From positions 45,895,734-45,959,733 of the forward strand of contig NC_081368.1 of NCBI RefSeq assembly GCF_030684315.1: 64,000 bases of DNA, given 5' to 3'. This stretch comes from Stegostoma tigrinum. Its lineage: Eukaryota. Shown one piece after another: positions 22,391-34,029 of the stretch. How positions within the stretch are numbered: the first letter of the stretch is position 1; each line of letters begins with the position of its first letter. Both the position numbers and the translations under genes were made by a program. The notes under the pieces are model-generated. The model saw nothing but the letters and a program-made list of their open reading frames with translations, was not told where the DNA came from and searched no databases.

Positions 22391-23599
22391 TTTTACAGTT
22401 CTTGTGCTCCTTCAGAATAATTTTTTGTCAACTTCCAGGCATCAAAAGCAATATATGCTAGTGTATTGAATAAAAATGGAGAAGACATGTCTAGAGAATC
22501 TCATTATAGTATATGCATTAAACTTGCAACTTGTCACGGTGTGTGATGTATGTCATCTGCCAACATAATAATCATGCAGAAAAGCAAGCGTCAAACTACT
22601 GGGGAAGCCTATTAAACATTGTGGCATGCTTGAACTCCACCAACCTCTCCCTTCTACCAGAATTAAGTCAGGACAGAAAATCCCAAAGTTCGGCTTTTTA
22701 CCGTGCCACCAGTTGAGACCCTCAAATAGGCACATAAATAGTCCAGTTGGTAGGCCTGTTGATACGTGGTGTGCATAAAAGGTTGACCTGGTCAGACTGC
22801 TTGTCGGCTCCTTGTTCAAAAGGCACATGCCTGATCAAAGGATGCAACATCAGAAAGTGGGTCCACTGAGGCCATCCTTCCTGCCACTGAACTACCTACA
22901 CCTGGTGATCTATACCATTTGCCAGGCCTCTTCTTAAGGATGCTCAGTGCACCTGAGGCATGTGGGGAAGCTGAACTTGAAGTGGACAAAATGTATCTAT
23001 TTGGTGTTGCCCTTCTCCATATCTATAAAGGACAACTATCCCTTTTACCACAAATGTTTGCACGAGTGCCCTTGAGACAAACATTAGTCACAGTATTTGA
23101 TATATGGTCTCTGCCAGAAACTAACAAAGAGACAATAGTTGCTTCCTATAGCTTTCTTGACCAAGAAAATAAAAATATGAGATCAAGCAAACAAGGACAG
23201 TTTTTTTTGCTACTGCTAAGAAAAGATGTGATGTCGTGATAAATGATTGGCCAGGACTGGATTTATGGCTGGAAAGGGTTGTTGGGACAGCAAGGTTTGG
23301 TGAGGGGTGTTAAGGTGAGGTAGTTGGTACAATGAATTCCTTCTCAGGATTCACTCATCCAATCCCTTTCCTTATCAGACCATTGCTGCCACCATCTGAA
23401 CCTGGATGGTATTACCTTTAGGACGTCACCAAACAGTGATCAGGACTCTGAGTAAGCACAAAAGAAGCCTTTTTTCTGTTTCTCAGTGACACGATTATTT
23501 TCTCTGAAAGACTTTGGTTTTAGTTCAATCAAACTAGCAAACTGAGTTATGTTAATGTTAAGCAAAGGAACTTCTTATTGACATGTTGCATGGAGGAAC

Positions 23600-24280
23600 A
23601 AGGAAATACAGAAAAATAGAAACAGGACAAGTATCTTTGGCACATCAAGCCTATTCCACTATTCAGTTAGGTTACCATAACCTAAATTAAATCAATAATT
23701 TACCTTAATGAAATTTTTTGCACAATCTTCAAATCAAATTATTTCATTAGTGTTGACAAATCTATTCATTTCTGTCTTGAACATACTCAATGATTTCTGT
23801 TGTCCTCCTGGGTAGAAAATTCCAGAGGTACATCACCTTCTGAATGAAGAAACTTCCCATCTCAGTTTAAATAACTTCAAACGTTTCCGATTCCTTCTCA
23901 ATCTTTGAAATTGTAAGGAGTATGATCTCAATTTCCTTAATTTCTCCTTATAAATCAATCCTGCCATCCCATTGATTATTCTGGTCAGTCTCTGTCATAC
24001 TCCCTAAATGGTAATACATCCTTTCTTACATAAGGAGACCGAACCACACAAAGATTCTAGATGCAGTCTCACCAAGCCACTGTACATTCACAGCTAGGTA
24101 TCTTTACTCATGTACTTAAATGCCCTTATAATGAATGCCTATATATCAGTCACACTCCTCATTGTTTGCTGCACCGGCATGTGTGCTACTAGTGATTAAA
24201 GACAGACTGTTCCATTTGTACACCAGCTCTTCCCAACCTCTCACCATTTAAGGAGTATCCAATGTATCTGTTTGTGGTAG
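23600..24280 (-). mobile_element. Decayed CR1-type LINE 3' region
   Basis: LNGERL-like and LVRLHLE-like segments on the minus strand. Confidence 0.55.
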
Positions 24281-25179
24281 ATTTGGATTTTTGGATGATC
24301 AAGGAGAGAATGATGTTTGCTGATGGGCCATTTAGGGAATAAAAAGACCACTGTGGTTGAACCATCGTTTGGATCTGCCAGGTGACAGTGAACGTCAATC
24401 AAAAAATGGCCATGCTAGAACAAGTTGTAGCTTTGGGTCACAGCAGTGTTGGTTGTTTTGAATGCCAGCATAGGGTGTATGAAGGGAGATAATTGCTGAT
24501 GCTGGAGAGACTTGCAAACATGTAGCCAAAGCGACCTGCTTTGGTCTTAGATGAGCCCAAAGGTTTCTGCTGTTTCTGGCCCCATAAAATGTAAACAGAA
24601 GATTAATCAGTGGCACCCTCTTTGACAAAGAAGATAACCAACAAGAGGTGGTCCACACATTGCTCAAAGAAAGAATTAGTGGGGATCTTCGGGCTTGACA
24701 GAGCAATGCACCTAAATGAGGAAGTGGACTGGTCAATCAGTGGGAAAACCTGAAAGGCTGGACACACTGATAATAGATGATTACCCAATATTTCCAAAGC
24801 TGTGCAGCCCCCACCCCGTCAAAAAAAACTCAGTAATTTTCCAGTGAAGGGTTATAAGCAGAAACTGTGCTTTAATACATTTGATACGTATAAGTAATAT
24901 AAAGCATTGCATCGAATTTAGATAAATTCAAAACAAAAGATTGTGAAACACCAGCGCAGTATATACACCACCTATTTACATCAACGGAAAAAAAGAAGAG
25001 GATGATGGTGGTCATGTCCCTGTCACTATCCTATCTGCCCTGGAGGTGGGCAGGTACATGAAAAAAAAGAGTAAAATAGACCTTTTACAGAACAGTGATT
25101 TTATCTCTTCCTTGTGTGTAACTGGGGTTTAGGGTCAATGGAAATGCTAACATAGCCTCTTCCGATGAAATGACGACAT

Positions 25180-25345
25180 CATGGAAAGTCCAATCCTTAG
25201 TTATGCAAATCTTTGATAATAAAATTTGACAAGGAGGCGGTGGGGTTTGGGGGTGGAGGGGTATGCTGACGAGTGACGTGCGCTTTCGGCTTACTCGCAA
25301 CACCAAAATGCTATATAAATGCCCAAGTCAAGAGAGCAGAATTAG
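25180..25345 (+). promoter_or_regulatory. ACOD1-like promoter
   Basis: TATATAAA 25312-25319; kB-like GGAAAGTCC 25183-25191; overlapping C/EBP-like TTATGCAA and octamer ATGCAAAT 25201-25210; CRE/HRE-like TGACGTG 25274-25280; CpG-enriched through ~26850. Confidence 0.65.
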
Positions 25346-25414
25346 ACTTAATTCTCCTAGTGAAATTTATCCCATTGTGAAAGCAAGAGCAGCTACAAAG
25401 AGAAAGGCGACAGG

Positions 25415-25606
25415 ATGTTCTCCAAACTTCTGGTAGCTATTGCGTTAATGTTGAAACAAAAAAATCTTTGATCTATGATTGCAAGCTTTTGTTATTTTAA
25501 ATATATTATTTATTTGCTAACATTGATTCATTCTGCTTCCGTCTTTAGAAATTTCAGCTCAGCTTAACAACTGGAAAACGCCTGCACCATAAAATTTCTC
25601 GCGAAG
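25415..25606 (+). CDS. ACOD1: ACOD1-like exons 1-2 (25415-25432, 25549-25606): MFSKLL/KFQLSLTTGKRLHHKISRE
   Basis: ATG ~100 nt after TATA; donors GTAGCT (weak) and GTAAAT; acceptor gtctttag; phases join exon 3. Basic, nearly acid-free peptide. Confidence 0.65.
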
Positions 25607-28600
25607 GTAAATATACTTGGCTTCTGTCTGAAAAAGAACTGAAATGGTTATTCGTTGTCTGTCCGTGTGTACCTCCATTCCGCAGCCTGGTGTGCAGTAC
25701 CACAAGCTGCGCTAAAGAGGAGAGGCGCACTGCATCGTAGTGTACCTGAGTTGTTTGCTTCAACTCAAAAGTCTAAGAAACTTGAGATAGAGTCCATTCA
25801 AATATACAATAATAGCACTAACGGTTCAACCAAACGTATTCATTGCAGCGCGGCACAAGTTGCTGCTCGTTATTGGGTCAATTTCAACACAGATCTCGGA
25901 CTGTGTCATGAAAGCGAAGATCCGAAAGACTTTGTTTCCTTTCAACTTCAGCACTTGAGAGCGCTCGTGGGAGCGGGGATATTTCTCATTGCAAAGTCAG
26001 CTTTGTTTTCTGACAGTTCCATAGAACGCGTTCCGGTGGGAACTACAACGGTTTGACTCGGACGGTTCAGTGCTTTAAACAAATGAAATCGTCATATGTG
26101 TAATTATGTAACTATTTTTTTTACCCCTCTTGTTAGCTTTCGAGGCGCCGGATTTGAAAAAGACGGTGACGAGCAGTTTTGGCTCATTTATCTCGGGAGT
26201 TGAAGTTGATCATCTCTCGGAGACGGTTTTACAGAGGAGCAAACGCATGATCCTAGACAACATTGGAGTCGGAATCCTGGGCAGCACCAGCCCGGTGTTT
26301 GATATTTGCCTAAATTACTGCCAGGTAACTTACACACAACCTCACAGTCACGGGCGCGCTAGGCGCCGCTCCACATCCTATTCCGATTCCATCATTAATA
26401 CCTGGGCCAGATTCCGTCAAGCAGCGAAAGTGCCGCTTGAAACTAAACTAGTAGCTACCTCAATGCTGGCCACTGCAAGCTGCTTCCCAATGTTTGCAGG
26501 TTAGCTCTAAGCGGACTGCGAGCTGTGACAGCAATGCGACCCACGTTACGACAGCCTCCCTTTTATTTCAAGTGAATTTGGTGGGATGCTCAGGCACAGA
26601 GACTGACAGCTCCAATGTCCACATCCGACGATTACTCATCAGGAGACACACAACCCGCTTTCTGTACTGATGGGAGTCACTGTTTGAGCTGCTTTCCCTT
26701 ACAGTGCGGTCCTTTATTCTCTAACCCGCTCCCCTTGCTTCCTTCCAACAGCAAATGTACGCTCAAGACCCAGTCAGCTCAGTCTACGGACGCAAAGGAT
26801 TAAGACTTTCGCCGACTCTGGCCGCTTTCGCCAATGGAGTCGCGGTAAGATGTTTGCACCTAATGACTTTCTGGGTTTCACAAACTAGTCAATAAACAGA
26901 AAGAATGTTCATGATGAAACCTGAGCCTGCCACTTATTGGTGTTTCCATAGCTTTAATTTATGTTGTCTCATCTTCACCCCTTAGGCACATTCAATGGAT
27001 TTTGATGATACTTGGCACCCTGCCACCCACCCGTCTGGAGCTGTACTTCCCGCCCTCCTTGCTGCTGCCCAGATGTTACCTACAAACTCCAAACCCACTG
27101 GACTCGACTTCCTCTTGGCTTTTAATGTGGGCATTGAAGTTCAGGGCAGGTTAATGCACTTCTCGCAAGAGGCGAACAACATCCCCAAGAGGTGAGACAC
27201 TGGTACAAAACTCCAAACATTAATGCGGAAGCCAGATTTTGCAGCGGGCGTTGAACTCATGGCGCTTTGCTGTTGGTCAGCCTTAAACTTGCCAGCATTC
27301 ATTCACGGGGTTCTGCATTAGAGGAAATTATCATTAGACAGAAAGGTACCACCTACAGGGGTGTGAATAGTGCAAGAAATTTTACATTACAGTTTCTTCA
27401 TCAACCAAATTTAAAACTTCCACCTGGAATAAGAAAAGTATAAACCAGGAAGTGTAGATGAAAACATTTAATGGTGTGCAAAATTATTTACAGAGCATAA
27501 AAATAAAAATCGTGAACGTCAGGTCTGATTAAGAGGGAAATAAGCATTTCATAAAAGTTTTTGAAAAGTAATTAATATTTGAAGAAATTAGATTCTTCAC
27601 TACAAAAGTTTTTTTTTAGGGCCAGAGAATTTATTTCATAGTAATTAAGGTTTATTCCATTGACTAAAATCATTTAATCAATAAAATAATTTAAATAGAC
27701 ATGACCTAACTTTTTCTCATGTGTTTAATGGGTAACGAGCGGTCATTGCTACACTTCCAGAACATCATGTGCTTGAATGTGAGACTCTGAAAAATATACT
27801 GAGCAACAAAATTCATGGGTATACATAGCAATTTGGATCAGTTCAGTGTCTCACAAAGGAATGGCTCGAAGTTGCTATCCGATTTGCTTATTAATAGTAA
27901 CGTTGCTATTTATTACACAAATTCAGGTAATATAGTTGCATGTAACATTTTAGAAAAAAACAGTACTTTTTTGCAATTAATTGAAAGCATTATGTAAATA
28001 ACTACTCAGTGACAGTCAAGCCATTTGAAAGCAAAGGATCTGATTAATAAAAGAGCAATTATGGATCTGCTAATTGCAATAACACTGTTAATTCTGTTTA
28101 ACTGAAGTGTAATTGTGTAAAATAATGAATAAACAAAAGGGTCAGGTGCTTGAATTTTTTTTTTAATTTGACAGATTTCACCCTCCCAGTGTGGTTGGGA
28201 CAATGGGCAGTGCTGCAGCCATAGCCAAATTCCTTTCACTTAATGACAATCAATGTGTTCATGCCCTAGCTATTGCAGCTTCACTCTCAGGGGCACCAAT
28301 GGCCAATGCAGCCACTCAGGCAAAACCCATCCATATTGGCAATGCCACACGGCTGGGCTTTGAGGCAGCTCTCCTTGCTTCTAAAGGAATGGAAGGAAAT
28401 GTGAAAATTCTCGACAAGACACTTGGCTGCTTTGGATTTTCTGCTTTTTATGGTGACTACGAACCTCAGAAAATTGCTCCACTTGAACAGACACGATTTC
28501 TACTTGAGGACCAAGATATTGCATTTAAGCGCTTCCCTGCTCATCTAGGTATGCACTGGATAGTAGATGCTGCTGTCTCAGTTAGGCAGTTGGCAACTGC

Positions 28601-29093
28601 TAATGATGGTGCTTTTTCACCCTCTATGATTGACAGAATAATTCTGCATGTCCCTGTTTCCCGTTACATCAACAGGCCATTCCCAGAAACAGAACATGAG
28701 GCTCGCCATTCCTTCCAGTTTAATGCCTGCTCTGCATTGTTGGATGGTGAAGTGAACATTGAATCATTCAGTGAAACTAAACTGCAACGAGATAGTCTCA
28801 ATGATTTACTTAAAAAAGTGGAGCTTCAACATCCTGAAGATAATGTGGCCAGTTTTGAGAAGATGTATGGAGAAGTAGTTCTCCTCCTGAGGAATAGAGA
28901 TGTGCTCAGGGGAAGATGTGACACCTTCTATGGACACTGGAGAAACCCACTGTCTAGAGAATCACTACTCGACAAATTCAGAAGTAATGCTTCCTATGTA
29001 TTGGAGCAAAACAAAATAGAAGCTATTATCAACACAGTTGAGAACCTTGAAGAAGTGAGGAATAGTTCCACGTTAGCCTCTTATTTGCAGTGA
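25415..29093 (+). CDS. ACOD1: Cis-aconitate decarboxylase (ACOD1/IRG1-like, probably an irg1l-type paralogue), ~493 aa, MmgE/PrpD family
   Basis: Exons 25415-25432, 25549-25606, 26137-26324, 26752-26844, 26986-27191, 28175-29093; GT-AG, phases 0,1,0,0,2; 1482 nt. Motifs: KRMILDNIGVG, AHSMDFDDTWHPATHPSGAVLP, RFHPP, ATQAKPIHIGNA, FKRFPAHLG, RYINRPFP, EARHSFQF, FYGHWRNPL. Confidence 0.95.
26137..26324 (+). CDS. ACOD1: ACOD1-like exon 3
   Basis: TVTSSFGSFI...RSKRMILDNIGVGILGS; acceptor cttgttag, donor CAG|GTAACT. Confidence 0.92.
26752..26844 (+). CDS. ACOD1: ACOD1-like exon 4
   Basis: QMYAQDPVSSVYGRKGLRLSPTLAAFANGVA; acceptor ccttccaacag, donor GCG|GTAAGA. Confidence 0.92.
26986..27191 (+). 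CDS. ACOD1: ACOD1-like exon 5 (catalytic His region)
   Basis: AHSMDFDDTWHPATHPSG...NNIPKR; acceptor ccccttag, donor AG|GTGAGA. Confidence 0.95.
28175..29093 (+). CDS. ACOD1: ACOD1-like last exon
   Basis: ORF 28191..29093 extended to acceptor aatttgacag; FHPPSVVG to TGA stop. Confidence 0.95.
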
Positions 29094-31237
29094 AAAGTAT
29101 CAAATTTCTTGCACTCATGTTTAAATATGATTTAACAGGTTGATCATGCGTTTTCATGTTTTATAGGTGGTATGTAATCTGTGCAATAGGGTTTAATCTT
29201 CTGAAACCATTGAGAATGACATTGTTGGCATTACAATCTATTTCTACTAAAAGGGCAAAACTTTGATCAACAGATTGGTCAGCTATATGATATTCTGGGA
29301 ATAGGGGAATAAGGTAATTTTAATGTTTTGTACATTTGCAAAAACAACATGATTATTGAAATGCATTCAAGGCAGATTACAGTGAGGTATCAGAGAAGTA
29401 GAGTGGTACTCTGTGGTACTCTGCAGGTTGGTAAAGAAATTATCACCACAGGTAGCAAACAGGCTGTAGTCATGAGGCAGTTTGCTTTCAGAGAGATATT
29501 ATGCCTTTCTCTTTTGTAGTTTTTCATTGAATCATGATGATGTGTAGGAATGCATTTAAAATCCCAAAGTCACCAGTAACTAAGGAGAAAGGTTATTATC
29601 TTAGTTAGCAAAGACCATTTCTTTTGTGCAGAGTCATTTTTTGCACATTCAAATGTGGCTGTGGATCGCAAACATACATGGCTTATCACAATGTAGGAAC
29701 GATTGAATTGTCTGCTCTTGTTGGGATTGTCCAATCTTTTCCATGTCACTTCTTTTCCTTATTTTCTTCAGTTCTTTGCTGTTTGGTGGAAACAAAAATC
29801 ATTACTTGAGCCTGCTGCCCAGGTAATACCTTCTTTTATATTTTCTCTCAGCAAGTGCTGCATTTTCTGACAAGATAGGTAATGGCTCAAAAATGGGGAC
29901 AGGAGAGTTACTACCTGTGAAACACGAATGATTATTCCATTGAAACTGCCATTGAAGCCTATCATCAGAGGTTTTCTTTTGTTAAGCATTCCAAGGTTCT
30001 GTGATCCCTGTAGGACCTTGATTGTTTTTTATGAAGGAACAGTGCACTCGCTGAAAGTTCCATGAGTGAAGCAGTTGAAGACAAAATGATTTCAATGAAT
30101 CTGGCCTGCTGCTACCTTTGGAACCATGCCCATGGACAAATCTATACTTTGTTTGCTACCAGCTGCCCTAGCCCAAAACTAGTTCACCTGCATCATCACC
30201 CATTTGATGCCCTTTCGCACCCAGATTTGATGTAAATGCCATGGGAGCCTCAAAAGAATGACTGCCGTTTTTGCAACTCTAATAGGTAATTGGCCAGCAA
30301 GCTCCACCAATCAGCCACCCAAAAATCAGAATTGATTGCCATATCTATGCTGAACAGCCATTGTTTTTGTCTGGCTTTTAGATGTTTGAATATTTAGAAT
30401 TCCCAGGGTAGCCTTGGAACACTTCCAAATGAAGCCCCTGAACTAATAGTAAACCTAGGTATTGGGAAAGTGCAAGCTTTCATTGTATTTAATTACAAAA
30501 GCAGCAATATTGTGTTCCACTGAAAGCACAGGTAATTTTCTCAAGCTTTTCCATCTCTCAGCCTAGGAATTTCAACTCCCTCGTCTTTCTCACTTGTTTT
30601 CGTGAATTCTGATGTTTGCACATGCATGAAAAAATGATAATTGACAAGGTTATTTAATAGACAGGAATATAGAAATGTTTCAGAACATTTTGTTTTAGGT
30701 TACATGATACCCTCATAATTATGTAAAAAATAAAGAACCTAACAGATTGCTTTGCATCATATGTAGGACTTGGACCTCTAAAGTAATTGGGCATTTGTAA
30801 TAGTTATTATTCTCATAAACTGTGATTCTGCTGGTACTCAGGGTACATTCACAGTCCAAGTTTAGTTTTCAAGCACAGACTTTGAAGATTCAGGTTGATA
30901 TTAAATTTCTGCAAAATTGGGTGTTAAGGCCTAGATGAATGCCAAGCAGAAGAGGTGCAAGATATCTTGCTGCAGCAAGTTTTATTCCACTACATTGCTG
31001 GTGTTCAACCAAGCTCTGGCTCTAGACTATGTTTGCATTCACCCTATAACTGCAGTATGGTGAAAGGAAAAAACTGATTTGAACTGATCCTACAGTTATA
31101 TTGTAGACACATTAGTTCTATTCTAAAGGTATCACATATCCTGTACATTTTTATGTAATTCAGTACGTCATAATTATTATTTTGTTTAATTAACAATGGA
31201 TTATTTGTTAAATGTTTGTTAACTTTAATAACCTTGC

Positions 31238-31243
31238 AATAAA
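31238..31243 (+). terminator. Candidate polyadenylation signal of the ACOD1-like gene
   Basis: AATAAA at the end of an AT-rich, repeat-poor tract ~2.1 kb after the stop codon; unverified. Confidence 0.35.
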
Positions 31244-32067
31244 AAATGTAATTTAAAAATTAATTGGCTTACATTGTTCATATGCTCTATTCTTACACGC
31301 GTGCTTTGATTTGCTGATTGGACACACATGCTGACAAATCACTCAAATGCCTAATGATGGTATTGAACGTTCTCTCAGAAGAATCGCAAGTACCGAAGGT
31401 CTTTCTTTCAATCATACTTCAGAAAGAGAAGGGTGTCACAGTGCTCAACTGCTAGTATATCTGGATTACCTGCACCTGTTTCAATATGATGAAACATTTC
31501 TGGAAAGCCAGGAACATCTTATTGGCGAAGACCTAAAGAAACTGTGAAGATGGTATACAGATCCAATGAAACTAACAGCCACTTGCAGCTAGAAATTTGA
31601 CTCACCACACAGGGCTTGCTGCTGGACTAAACTCAAATAAAATTGTTACAGTGCAGCCAGGAAAATCACTGTTCTCACGCCCACACCTTCCAGCACCACG
31701 CTTGCTTTATCAGCTATCAAATAGGGAATTTGCTCTGTCGCCTGGCTGCAGAACTGTAAGTGCAGGATGGGTGTCCTTTTTACTTGCCCTTTCTGTCTTA
31801 ACAATATCTGCTTATTCCTCTTTCAAGCATTTTTAAACTGCTTAACAATTTTTGCCTCCTTACTGTGTCACTCCCCTCTAATTGGCTCTTCATTCAGTCA
31901 AACTCTTTCCTGGCATTACACAGATTTTGGCAGGTTTCATATTATCTCACATCAAGTCTTTTTCACGCAGCAGCAATCCTGGATTGCAAATGTTTGTTTA
32001 AATTGTTTTAAGGCCTCATACTTCCTTATCACTACACTTTCCTGAACGGCACCAACACAACACGTGA

Positions 32068-32297
32068 TTAATGAAATGTGAGGCTGGATGAACACAGCAG
32101 GCCCAGCAGCATCTCAGGAGCGCAAAAGCTGACGTTTCGGGCCTAGACCCTTCATCAGAGAGGCCCTCTCTGATGAAGGGTCTAGGCCCGAAACGTCAGC
32201 TTTTGTGCTCCTGAGATGCTGCTGGGCCTGCTGTGTTCATCCAGCCTCACATTTCATTATCTTGGATTCTCCAGCATCTGCAGTTCCCATTATCACT
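32068..32297. mobile_element. Head-to-head palindromic pair of PLE termini
   Basis: Near-perfect ~90-bp arms centred at ~32164; 14-bp TSD AACACAACACGTGA (32054-32067, 32298-32311). Confidence 0.9.
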
Positions 32298-33088
32298 AAC
32301 ACAACACGTGAACTCTGTTTCTATCACTCTGCTGTATTCTCTTCTGTTTCTACTATTTCCAGAACAGTGTTCAGTCACATGGGTCTTGCACTTGCATTGT
32401 CTCCCAAAAACAGATCATCTCTCCACATTTCACTTGTCTTGAAACCTTCTTAAACAATTTTGATTACCTCTTAAAATGTCCTACTTTATTTTGAAATGTA
32501 TTAATGGTGCACATTTTAAGTGCATAATGTTGAAAACATTATGCACTTAAAATAGACATCATCAATAAATTTCAAAATAAAGTACAGGTTATTGTTCTTG
32601 CAGTTACCCTCTTACTGTGTTTCTTTGACATAGCTCTTGGCTACCAGAGTCCATGGGAACAATTTGGTCTGCCTTCCTACAAATGTAGTCACAAAGTGGA
32701 GTATAACTAGTAAAGCAGCAGGAATTTGCATTACTTTGTTCCAGTTCAGAATAGTAAATTATTGTTATGGACCAGAACAAACCCCCTCAACTATTAAGAA
32801 GATAGCCTAGACACTAACGTTTTGTTATAGTAAAGGCATGCCGGATGCAATTTGATTGGTCAAACTACCAGTCTTGAAGCAAAAAAACACTTTATTCATA
32901 TATTATTGTTAAAATACTACAAAAGAAAGAAAATTTGGTCTAACTTTAACTCTATTGGTAAACTTAAAAGGATAGTATTTTGTTTAACTACTATAATAAC
33001 ATCAAATAAGCACACCTTTAGCAAAAGGTGAGTTCAGTAAAATGGATTGCCTTATAGACAATTCCCTATTCAAGGAGGAAAGGTAACA

Positions 33089-33404
33089 NNNNNNNNNNNN
33101 NNNNNNNNNNNNNNNNNNNNNNNNNNNNNNNNNNNNNNNNNNNNNNNNNNNNNNNNNNNNNNNNNNNNNNNNNNNNNNNNNNNNNNNNNNNNNNNNNNNN
33201 NNNNNNNNNNNNNNNNNNNNNNNNNNNNNNNNNNNNNNNNNNNNNNNNNNNNNNNNNNNNNNNNNNNNNNNNNNNNNNNNNNNNNNNNNNNNNNNNNNNN
33301 NNNNNNNNNNNNNNNNNNNNNNNNNNNNNNNNNNNNNNNNNNNNNNNNNNNNNNNNNNNNNNNNNNNNNNNNNNNNNNNNNNNNNNNNNNNNNNNNNNNN
33401 NNNN
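33089..33404. other. Assembly gap (316 N)
   Basis: Run of N inside the putative LTR. Confidence 1.
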
Positions 33405-34029
33405 TTTTGCAGCTTCCAAACCCAGCTTCAAGACTCCAGCAACTGCTACAGAAAACCAGACCTAAAAGTCTTGGTTCTGTGGGAGCTTGCCCCACCCATT
33501 CAGGCTGTTTCTATTGTTCCAATTTTAATTTTAATAAAAGCCCAAGGGCTCACAAACTTTTTCAGTAGTGGTTCTGAGTAGACTGCTTGCCATTTTTGTC
33601 TCAATCTTTCCTCATAAAAACATCAGGACAAATTACATCTCTTAAAGCCACAGTATTGTCACACCACCCAACTTAAAAATGAAACATCAATATATAAAGA
33701 TTGATTCATTTTTAAAATACTTTAGGATTATGCTATTAGTATACTACAGTACATTTACATTACATTGACTCTAGGCAAGCCAACATTCACCAATACAGTC
33801 CATTTCGGACCATTGTTCCCACCATCGAATGCCTTTGATTTCCTTCATCAAAGTTGCAACACATTGTCAATTCAGTTTTCTTATCCTGCCACAGGTATAA
33901 TTTTCAAAGTGAATGGCAAAAATAATAATCTCCATTTAAACAGTCTGGAATTTTTATCCTTAAAGTTTCTCCAAAACCTTTAAGGGATTATGCTTGCTAT
34001 ATACAATAGTGTGAGGCTGGCTGACTCAC

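Noticed and set aside
24400-24790. Possible Gypsy RT/RNase H remnant
   Set aside because: Only one weak motif (DPKLQLVLA); not enough evidence.
25655-26056. 133-aa ORF inside the ACOD1-like gene
   Set aside because: Intronic, non-ATG start, no recognisable motif; likely chance in CpG-rich sequence.
33047-33568. ORFs containing X runs
   Set aside because: Artefacts of the N gap.
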